NCBI GenBank assembly: GCA_046598045.1
Contig: JBKJJJ010000137.1
Location: 1 to 23,819, forward strand
From: Candidatus Eiseniibacteriota bacterium
GTDB lineage: Bacteria; Eisenbacteria; RBG-16-71-46; DASYSL01
Reading direction: 5' to 3'
Length of the DNA: 23,819 nucleotides
Shown piece after piece: positions 9,184 through 16,446 of this stretch (position 1 is its first letter; every line of letters starts with the position of its first letter). The position numbers and the translations under genes are program-made. The notes under the pieces are model-generated. The model was not told the origin of the DNA and did no database searches. It saw only the letters and a list, made by a program, of their open reading frames with translations.

Positions 9184-10701
9184 ATGCAACCCCGCTCTCG
9201 CACCAGGATCGGATCCCTTGCCCTGCTGACGCTTTGCGCGCTCGCGGCGCCGTTGCACGCCGCGACGCCCATCACCGCCGAGCGCATGACCGCCGGGCTG
9301 ACCAAGCCCCTGTTCGTCACCTCGCCTCCCGGGGACACGCGGCTGTTCATCGTCGAGCAGCGCGGAGCCGACGCGCGCGGGCGCATCCGGATCTTCAAGC
9401 CGGGCGGCGCGGGGCTCCTCGCGCGGTCGTTCTACGTCACCCAGCCGCTGTCGACGGGGAACGAGGAGGGCCTGCTCGGCCTCGCGTTCGCGCCCGATTA
9501 CACGACCACCGGCCGGTTCTACATCCACTACACGGACGTCGGCCAGCGCGTGCACATCGAGCGTCGCTTCGTCTCGGCGACCGACCCAGACTCGGCGGAC
9601 GTGACGCGGGCCGATTCGCTGCTCGTGATCTTTCACCCCTACAAAAACCACAACGGCGGGTGGATCGCGTTCGGACCGGACGGCTACCTCTACGACGGGA
9701 TCGGCGATGGCGGCAGCGGCGGCGATCCGCAGAACCGCTCGCAGAACGCGGATTCGTTGCTCGGCAAGATCCTCCGCATCGACGTCAGCGGCGCGGGCTA
9801 CACGAGCCCGCCGGATAATCCCTTTGCGGGGGCGACGCCGGGGCGCGACGAGATCTTCCTGCGTGGCGTGCGCAATCCGTTCCGCAACTCGTTCGATCGC
9901 GCGACCGGGGACTTGATCCTGGGCGACGTGGGGGAGCTCGACATCGAGGAGGTCGACTTTCTGCCGGCGGCAACGGGGCGCGGTCTCGGGGAGAACCTCG
10001 GCTGGCCTTGCTGGGAGGGCAACCAGGCTTTCGACTCCGCGCGTCCGACCCCGTGCGACTCGTGCAGGAACACGGCGTGCTTCCATTTCCCGGCGTACAC
10101 GTACGACCACAGCGGATCCCGCTGCTCGGTCACGGGCGGATACGTCTATCGCGGCAGCGCGATCCCGGACCTGGTGGGCACCTACTTCTTCGCCGACTTC
10201 TGCCAGGCGAAGATCTACAGCGGGAAATTCGCGGGGGGCGTGCTGACGAACGTCCTCGATCGCACCGCCGAGCTCGCGCCGCTCGATGCCGGCGTCACCG
10301 TCGACGCGATCTCGAGCTTCGGCGAGGACAAGGACGGCGAACTCTACATCTGTGACCTGCTCGGCGAGCTGTTCAAGATCGTCCCGACGGCCGCCGTGGA
10401 CTCGGGCCCGCCGGCGGTCGTGCGCGTGCCGACGCTCGCCATCGCGGGCGCGATGCCGTTCAAGGGCGCGCTTCGGCTCTCGCTCGCGCTCCCGGTCGCC
10501 GCGCGCACGCGCGTGACCGTGCTCGACCTCGCGGGGCGGCAGGTGCGCCTGTTGGCCGACGAGACGCTCCCGGCGGGCCCGCACGCGCTCACGTGGGACG
10601 GGCTCGACGACCGCGGGGGCGAGGCGCGGCCCGGCGTGTACCTGGTGCGCGCGGCCGTGCCGGGCGGCGAGACCTCGGTGCGCGCCGTGCGCGTGCGTTA
10701 G
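9184..10701 (+). CDS. Secreted PQQ-dependent glucose/sorbosone (aldose sugar) dehydrogenase family protein with C-terminal FlgD-type Ig domain
   Basis: ATG 9184 after GGAGG; signal peptide ending LHA. Motifs: EEGLLGLAFAP, NHNGGWIAFGPDGYLY..GDGG, LLGKILRID, GVRNPFR.SFD, SVTGGYVYRG, SSFGED..GELY. Tail: LDLAGRQVRLL...WDG.D..G....GVY. Confidence 0.88.
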   Translation: MQPRSRTRIGSLALLTLCALAAPLHAATPITAERMTAGLTKPLFVTSPPGDTRLFIVEQRGADARGRIRIFKPGGAGLLARSFYVTQPLSTGNEEGLLGLAFAPDYTTTGRFYIHYTDVGQRVHIERRFVSATDPDSADVTRADSLLVIFHPYKNHNGGWIAFGPDGYLYDGIGDGGSGGDPQNRSQNADSLLGKILRIDVSGAGYTSPPDNPFAGATPGRDEIFLRGVRNPFRNSFDRATGDLILGDVGELDIEEVDFLPAATGRGLGENLGWPCWEGNQAFDSARPTPCDSCRNTACFHFPAYTYDHSGSRCSVTGGYVYRGSAIPDLVGTYFFADFCQAKIYSGKFAGGVLTNVLDRTAELAPLDAGVTVDAISSFGEDKDGELYICDLLGELFKIVPTAAVDSGPPAVVRVPTLAIAGAMPFKGALRLSLALPVAARTRVTVLDLAGRQVRLLADETLPAGPHALTWDGLDDRGGEARPGVYLVRAAVPGGETSVRAVRVR

Positions 10702-10738
10702 GCGCGGGCGTTAGGCCCGCGACAGCGGCCGCGCTCTC

Positions 10739-10747
10739 TGGTAGCCT
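10739..10747 (+). promoter_or_regulatory. Putative extended -10 promoter of yebC
   Basis: TGgTAGCCT at 10739-10747, 8 nt before ATG 10756; no Shine-Dalgarno. Confidence 0.5.
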
Positions 10748-10755
10748 GTCCGCCC

Positions 10756-11478
10756 ATGGGACGAATCTTCGAGACTCGCAAGCACGTCATGTTCGCGCGC
10801 TGGGACAAGATGTCCAAGGTGTTCGAGCGCATCAACAAAGAGATCGCGATCGCCGTCAAGGCGGGCGGCCCGAACCCCGAGTACAACCCCTCGCTGCGCC
10901 GCGTCATCCAGAACTCGCGCGCGGTCAACATGCCGAAGGACAAAGTCGAGGCCGCGATCAAGCGCGCCTCCGGCGTGGACGCGTCGACCTACTCGGAGAT
11001 CATCTACGAGGGCTATGGCCCGCACGGCGCCGCGATCCTGGTCGAGGCCGCGACCGACAACCCGACGCGCACCGTCGCGAACATCCGCTCGGGCTTCAAC
11101 AAGGGCGGCGGCAACATGGGTGCGAGCGGGAGCGTGGCGTTCATGTTCAAGCGCATGGGCGTGTTCCGGCTCAAGCCCGAGGGCATCGACTCCGACACGA
11201 TGGAACTCGAGCTGATCGACCACGGTCTCGAGGAGATGGGCGAGGGCACGAGCGAGAAAGGCGAGACCCAGCTCGTGATCCGCTGCGCGTTCAACGATTT
11301 CGGCACGCTGCAGAAGGCGCTCGAGGACCGCGGCATCACGCCGATCTCCGCCGAGTCCGAGTACATCCCGCAGACACCGGTCACGCTCGACGAAGCCGCC
11401 GCCGAGGAAGTGATGAAGCTCGTCGACCGGCTGGAGCAGGACGACGACGTGCAGAAGGTGTTTCACAACGTCGGGTGA
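10756..11478 (+). CDS. yebC: YebC/PmpR family protein
   Basis: MGRIFE.RK N-terminus, [49 protein letters not shown]. Confidence 0.95.
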   Translation: MGRIFETRKHVMFARWDKMSKVFERINKEIAIAVKAGGPNPEYNPSLRRVIQNSRAVNMPKDKVEAAIKRASGVDASTYSEIIYEGYGPHGAAILVEAATDNPTRTVANIRSGFNKGGGNMGASGSVAFMFKRMGVFRLKPEGIDSDTMELELIDHGLEEMGEGTSEKGETQLVIRCAFNDFGTLQKALEDRGITPISAESEYIPQTPVTLDEAAAEEVMKLVDRLEQDDDVQKVFHNVG

Positions 11479-11485
11479 AACTCGC

Positions 11486-12826
11486 TTGCGCGCGCGCAGC
11501 TCGGTGCGCCACCCCCTCGCGTTCGTTGTCGTTGCGGCGTTCGCGCTCATCGCCGTCATGGCGGCGGGCGCGTTTGCCTGCCAGTGCCTCGCTCCTGGAT
11601 CACCCATCGAAGAGTTGGCCCAGGCGAGCGACGTATTCCTGGGCACCGTGACCAGGAAGCACGGTCCGTTCATGATTTCTGCCGGCCCAGATTCGTATCG
11701 GGAATCCGACGTCGTGTTCCAGTTCCGCGTGCTCGCGAGCTGGAAAGGCGCTCGTACCGATACCATCTCGCTCACGACAGGCAGCGGAGGCGGCGACTGC
11801 GGCTACAGGTTCACGCCCGGGGGCACGTATATCGTCTACGGAAACCGCGGGAAGGACGGGCGGCTTTATACCTCGCATTGCAGCCGTACGGCAGAGATCT
11901 TCATGGCTTGGGCGGACTCGATCCAGTTGGGGCCGCCGCCGGTCGATCGCCTCGGCGGGAGGTCATGGATCGCGTTCGCACCGCCCGCGAATTGCCCGCG
12001 TCACCCTGGGAGTCTGATTCGATCGAGCCATTCCTGGGTCGCGACCAACCTGACCCGGGATGCCGCGCTCGCCTACCCGATTCGGGCCGCAAGGCAATTT
12101 CCTTTCGCGGCCATGGATGTCGTACCCGAGGACGCGCCAAATGCGCCGAGGCGGTCAGGCAGCCTCTACGAGGCGCCCGTGTGCCCGCTCTGCCGGGAGG
12201 CTGCGATCGAGTGGTGCATGGACCATCGCGACCCGTCAACGACGCGCGAAATCGGGGGCGACCTGCCTGTCGTCCCTTCGCGCAAGGGGGATCGAAGCGC
12301 GGCGGCATACCGGACGGAGGTCCCGAACACGAACTTCGCACTCAGCTACTCGGATGGCCGGCAGGACCTCGACACCATTGATGGCCGATTCACCCGCGAG
12401 TTCGGTGGAGTGCGCGACACGAGCTTCAAACTTGCGGTGGCGGACAGTGCACTACGGCGGATCTACGAGGCGACGGTCGCGGCCCGGCTGTTCGACATCG
12501 CGGGACCGCATCCCCTCTACCCATTCGCGACCATGAATGACCGGGAGCGCGCGGATCGCGCGCTGACGTTGTACGTGCGGTGCGGGACGACCGTGCGCCA
12601 GTTTCGCTGGTACCCCGAACGCGCTCCGCGCAATCCCTCTCCCGGGTCCGAATGGGCACGGCTCATGGGCGTGATGCGCGAGGTGCAGCGAGTCATCGTC
12701 GAGCTGCCGGAGTTTCGGGCCCTGCCCGCGCTGCCGGAGGCGATCGACGATCCGCTGCGGAAGCTGGGTGCCCCCTTTTATAAGACCGTACATACGCCGA
12801 TCGGGGGCGCAGTCCGGCGCAATTAA
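11486..12826 (+). CDS. Secreted multidomain hypothetical protein with N-terminal TIMP/NTR-like domain
   Basis: Signal peptide ending AFA, followed by CQC...ASDVFLGTV...GGGDCGYRF..GGTYIVYG...TSHCSRT. Start may be TTG 11486 or GTG 11504. Confidence 0.7.
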   Translation: MRARSSVRHPLAFVVVAAFALIAVMAAGAFACQCLAPGSPIEELAQASDVFLGTVTRKHGPFMISAGPDSYRESDVVFQFRVLASWKGARTDTISLTTGSGGGDCGYRFTPGGTYIVYGNRGKDGRLYTSHCSRTAEIFMAWADSIQLGPPPVDRLGGRSWIAFAPPANCPRHPGSLIRSSHSWVATNLTRDAALAYPIRAARQFPFAAMDVVPEDAPNAPRRSGSLYEAPVCPLCREAAIEWCMDHRDPSTTREIGGDLPVVPSRKGDRSAAAYRTEVPNTNFALSYSDGRQDLDTIDGRFTREFGGVRDTSFKLAVADSALRRIYEATVAARLFDIAGPHPLYPFATMNDRERADRALTLYVRCGTTVRQFRWYPERAPRNPSPGSEWARLMGVMREVQRVIVELPEFRALPALPEAIDDPLRKLGAPFYKTVHTPIGGAVRRN

Positions 12827-13230
12827 CCTCCCGCCAGCTTCATCACCCGCGCGTACTCCGCCTCGCTCAGCGGCACCACTGAGAGCCGCCCGATCTTGAC
12901 GAGATCGGTCTTCACCAGCAATGGATCCGCCTTGAATTGCGCGAGCGTCACGGGCTTCGGCAAGGGCTTGCCGGCGGCCACGTCGATCACGACGCGCTTC
13001 GGGTCGTCGAGTTGAGGGTCCGGGTAGGGGCCGCTCGCGGCGCGTGCGAGGCCGACGACCTGGCGCTCGGTACCCGTGTGATAGATCAGGAGCGTGTCGC
13101 CCTTCGCGACCTTGCGCAGGTGGATGAGCGCCGCCGCATTGGCAATTCCACTCCATACGGTCTTGCCATCCTTCACGAGAGCGGTGTAAGGATATTCGGA
13201 AGGTTCGGTCTTGAGCAGCCAAGTAGCCAT
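12823..13230 (-). CDS. EVE domain (PUA-like) protein
   Basis: True start is ATG 13230. Motifs: MATWLLKTEP, WSGIAN..A...LR....GD..LIYHTG, YPDP, PVTLAQFK, RLSVVP. Confidence 0.92.
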   Translation of the reverse strand: MATWLLKTEPSEYPYTALVKDGKTVWSGIANAAALIHLRKVAKGDTLLIYHTGTERQVVGLARAASGPYPDPQLDDPKRVVIDVAAGKPLPKPVTLAQFKADPLLVKTDLVKIGRLSVVPLSEAEYARVMKLAGG

Positions 13231-13236
13231 GAACGA

Positions 13237-13265
13237 AGGCTCGGGGATCGCCCGCCTCGTGTCAA
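13237..13265 (-). promoter_or_regulatory. Putative sigma70 promoter of the EVE gene
   Basis: Minus strand perfect TTGACA (13265-13260), N17, GAGCCT (13242-13237), N6, ATG. The -10 is imperfect. Confidence 0.5.
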
Positions 13266-13349
13266 CGGGCGAGGCGATGGCGCAGATAAACTCCCACCAA
13301 TGGCCTTCCTGCGCCATGGTGGAGGGACACCCACTCGAAAGAGGTTCCG

Positions 13350-14030
13350 ATGCGTACGACTTCAGGGAACAAGTTCACGGCGGCCGTCCTGGCCGCGGCC
13401 ATGTTCTTCGGCGCGGCCGGTTGCGCGTCGCTCAACAACACCGAGAAGGGCGCGATCATCGGCGGCGCCGGCGGCGCGGCGGTTGGCGGCGTCATCGGCA
13501 ACCAGACCGGCTCGACGGCGCGGGGCGCGATCATCGGCGCCGTCGTCGGCGGCGCCGCGGGCGCGATCATCGGCCACAAGATGGACCAGCGCGCGAAGGA
13601 GCTCGAGCAGATCCCCGGCGCGACCGTCCAGCGCGTCGGCGAGGGCATCGAGGTCACGTTCGACTCGGGCCTCCTGTTCGACTTCGACTCGTCGACGATC
13701 AAGGGCGATGCGCGCGCGAACCTGAACCAGCTCGCGACCAGCCTCGCGAACTACGACGACTCCGAGCTGATGATCATCGGCCACACCGACTCGAAGGGCA
13801 CGGCCGAGTACAACCAGCAACTCTCGCAGGATCGCGCGGCCGCGGCACAGGGCTATCTCGCGTCGCGCGGCGTCAATCGTACGATCCGTACGCTGGGCCG
13901 CGGCGAGTCCGAGCCGGTGGCGTCGAACGACACCGAGGCCGGCCGCTCGCAGAACCGCCGGGTCGAGGTCGCGATCTACGCGGGTGACGCACTCAAGGCG
14001 CAGGCCAGGCGCGAGGCGAACGGCAGCTAG
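13350..14030 (+). CDS. OmpA-family outer-membrane lipoprotein with glycine-zipper region (YiaD-like)
   Basis: Lipobox AAGC; glycine zipper GAIIGGAGGAAVGG; OmpA-C motifs LLFDFDS, GHTDSKG..YNQ.LS.DRA, GRGESEPVASN, GRSQNRRVE. Confidence 0.93.
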   Translation: MRTTSGNKFTAAVLAAAMFFGAAGCASLNNTEKGAIIGGAGGAAVGGVIGNQTGSTARGAIIGAVVGGAAGAIIGHKMDQRAKELEQIPGATVQRVGEGIEVTFDSGLLFDFDSSTIKGDARANLNQLATSLANYDDSELMIIGHTDSKGTAEYNQQLSQDRAAAAQGYLASRGVNRTIRTLGRGESEPVASNDTEAGRSQNRRVEVAIYAGDALKAQARREANGS

Positions 14031-14048
14031 GCTCGCCCGGCAGCAGGA

Positions 14049-15242
14049 CTAGCGCGCGACGATCGCCGTAAGCCGCGTCAGCGCGACAGCGAACACGGCG
14101 GGTGCGGGGAGGAGGCTCACCACGATCCTCCCCGGCTCGTCGAAGTCGTAGAAGTACCCCGGATGCACGACCACGTCGTGCTCGAGCAGCGCGAGCGCCC
14201 ACTCCTCGTCGCTCCTCCCCGGCGGCAGCGCGATCACCGCGCTCCAACCCCCATCGGCCGGCAGCACCTGCGCCTCAGGCATCGTGGCGATCGCGGCCGC
14301 GAGCGCCGCGCGATTGCGCGCGACGCGCGCGCGCACGGAGTCCTGAAAGCGTGCACGGCCGGCGAGCAGCATGGGCAGCGCGTGCTGCACGGGACCGCCG
14401 ACCGAGAGGAACGTGTCCGCAAGCCACTCGAGTCGCTCGAGCGCCTCGCGCGCGAGGTCAGGCGGGCCCTGCACGATAATCCACCCGAGCTTGAGCTGCG
14501 GGAGCCCGCAAACCTTCGACAGTCCCGAGAGCACGAGCGTGAGCGGCCCGCCCGCGGAGTCCTCCGGCGATTGCAGCAGCGTGTGCGCGAGCTCGCCGGG
14601 CGGCCGGCCCCACGACATGTCGTAGTCCGCGAACACCTCGTCCGCGATCAGCGCGGCGCTTGCGCCGGCGCAAGTCGCGCGCAAGGCGCTAGCCTCCCCG
14701 TGCGTGAGGAACGAGCCGGTCGGGTGGTTCGGGTTGACCGCGACCACCGCGCGGACTGCATGGGTCGACGGCATCCCCGCGATTTCGAGGTGCCAGGCGC
14801 CGTCGGAGATCCTCAGAGGATAGGTCTCGACGCGGCAGCCCTCCGCCTGCGCGAGCGCCTCGAACAGGGGATAGCTCGGCGCGGGTACGAGGAAGGCTTC
14901 GCCGGGATCGCACAGCAGGCGAAATGCCTGCGCGTACGCCTCGCTCGTGCTCGCCGTGAGGATGATGCTCGCGGGATCGACCTCGATGCCGCGTTCGAGA
15001 TAGTAGAGCGCGATTGCAGCACGCGCCGCGGCGAGGCCGGCGGCCGAGGGCGCGTAGACGAGCCCCGCGGGGGCGCGCAGCGCGTCGAGCGAGTCGACCC
15101 CGGCGAGCCCGGCAGTGGTGGGATTGTGGTCCGAGAGATCGAGCAGCCTGCGGCCCTGCGCGCGCAGTTGTTCGAGGCGGCGCGCCCACGGCCCCGGCTC
15201 GAGCGAGTCGGGCACGCGGGAGGAGAAAGGGCCGCGGGGCAT
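14049..15242 (-). CDS. PLP-dependent aminotransferase, class I/II
   Basis: LTASTSEAY, PAPSYPLF, VNPNHPTG, IADEVF, SGLSKVCGLPQLKLGW (PLP lysine), VHPGYFYDF. Confidence 0.9.
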   Translation of the reverse strand: MPRGPFSSRVPDSLEPGPWARRLEQLRAQGRRLLDLSDHNPTTAGLAGVDSLDALRAPAGLVYAPSAAGLAAARAAIALYYLERGIEVDPASIILTASTSEAYAQAFRLLCDPGEAFLVPAPSYPLFEALAQAEGCRVETYPLRISDGAWHLEIAGMPSTHAVRAVVAVNPNHPTGSFLTHGEASALRATCAGASAALIADEVFADYDMSWGRPPGELAHTLLQSPEDSAGGPLTLVLSGLSKVCGLPQLKLGWIIVQGPPDLAREALERLEWLADTFLSVGGPVQHALPMLLAGRARFQDSVRARVARNRAALAAAIATMPEAQVLPADGGWSAVIALPPGRSDEEWALALLEHDVVVHPGYFYDFDEPGRIVVSLLPAPAVFAVALTRLTAIVAR

Positions 15243-15246
15243 GCGG

Positions 15247-16440
15247 CTAGCGGGCGGGGGCCATCACATGGACGAAGCCGGTGGCCTCGTCGATCTTGAG
15301 CGAGGCGCGGCCCTCGAGGAAGGCGACCAGCTCGTCGCCGACCAGCCCGCGGCGCCAGCCGGAGAGCAGCAGCGGCTCGGCCTGGCGCTTCTTCGAGCGC
15401 ACGCCCTTGTCGGGCCCGACCGTGACCTCGATCAGCTGCGCGATGTCGGCGCGGGTGCCGAGGTAGGAGGGCGCGATCTCGTTCTCGAGCGCGCGGGCGC
15501 GCAGCACGACCTCGAGCAGGTCGACGGTGATCGAAAAGCGCTCGTCCTCGGGCTTGACCGGGTCGAGGCGCGGCCACGTTTCCTCGGGTGCGGCGAGGCC
15601 CTTCTGCACGGCGACGACCAGCGCGGGGCCGGAGCGCGCGAGCTCGCGCGGATGCAGCGTGCGCAGGGGCTTGAGGTCCTCGGGCTTCTTGGGCGTGCGG
15701 CGCGCGATCTCGACCAAGGTCTCGTCGGCGACGATGCGGCCGCGCGGTTCGTCGCGGCGGGCGGCCTCTTCCTCGCGCCAGATCGCAAGCTCGCGCAGCA
15801 CGGAGAGGCCGCGCGAATCGAGCGACCGCATGCGCGAGATGCGCGACCACAGCGTCAAGGGGTCGCGCTCGTAGGTGCCCTTCTCCTCGTAGTGCTCGAC
15901 CTCCTCGCGCAGCCAGGTCTCGCGGCCCATGGTCGTGAGCTTGGCCCACAGCTTGTCGCGCACCTCGTGCAGGTAACGCACGTCGTCGAGCGCGTAATCG
16001 ACCTGGGCGGCGGAGAGCGGGCGGATCGACCAGTCGGTGACGGTCTCGCCCTTCTTGAGACGGCGATGCAGCAGGCGCGAGATCAGGTTCGCGTAGCCGA
16101 TCTGGTCGCCGAGGCCGAGCAGCGCGGCGGCGATCTGGGTGTCGAACACGTTGCGCGGGAGCAGGCCCGAGCGCGCGAACACGATCTCCATGTCCTGGGA
16201 ACCGGCGTGCACGATCTTCTCGATCGACGGATCAGCGACGACGTCCCACAGCGCGTCGAGCTCGTCGAAGGCCAGCGGGTCGACGAGGACGCACTCCTCG
16301 GGCGTACTGACCTGGACCAGCTGGAGGCGGGGGCGGAACGTGCGCTCGCGCTGGAACTCCATGTCGAGACCGAACGAACCGTGGGCCCGAAGGCGATCCA
16401 CGGTCCGCTCGAGGTCCGCTTTGGTTTCGATGAAGGACAC
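15247..16440 (-). CDS. rnd: Ribonuclease D (DEDDy 3'-5' exonuclease plus HRDC)
   Basis: Exo I LDMEF, Exo II HAGSQD, FDTQIAA, TDWSIRPLS, Exo III YALDDV; HRDC WREEEAARRDEPRG; C-terminal LLSGWR. Confidence 0.93.
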   Translation of the reverse strand: MSFIETKADLERTVDRLRAHGSFGLDMEFQRERTFRPRLQLVQVSTPEECVLVDPLAFDELDALWDVVADPSIEKIVHAGSQDMEIVFARSGLLPRNVFDTQIAAALLGLGDQIGYANLISRLLHRRLKKGETVTDWSIRPLSAAQVDYALDDVRYLHEVRDKLWAKLTTMGRETWLREEVEHYEEKGTYERDPLTLWSRISRMRSLDSRGLSVLRELAIWREEEAARRDEPRGRIVADETLVEIARRTPKKPEDLKPLRTLHPRELARSGPALVVAVQKGLAAPEETWPRLDPVKPEDERFSITVDLLEVVLRARALENEIAPSYLGTRADIAQLIEVTVGPDKGVRSKKRQAEPLLLSGWRRGLVGDELVAFLEGRASLKIDEATGFVHVMAPAR

Positions 16441-16446
16441 TGGCGG

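Noticed and set aside
7785..10584. Minus-strand ORFs 7785..9398 and 9061..10584
   Set aside because: Antisense to the well-supported TlpA and dehydrogenase genes.
12823..13230. EVE protein as part of a modification-dependent restriction/defence system
   Set aside because: Stand-alone EVE with no adjacent nuclease, ATPase or toxin gene in the window.
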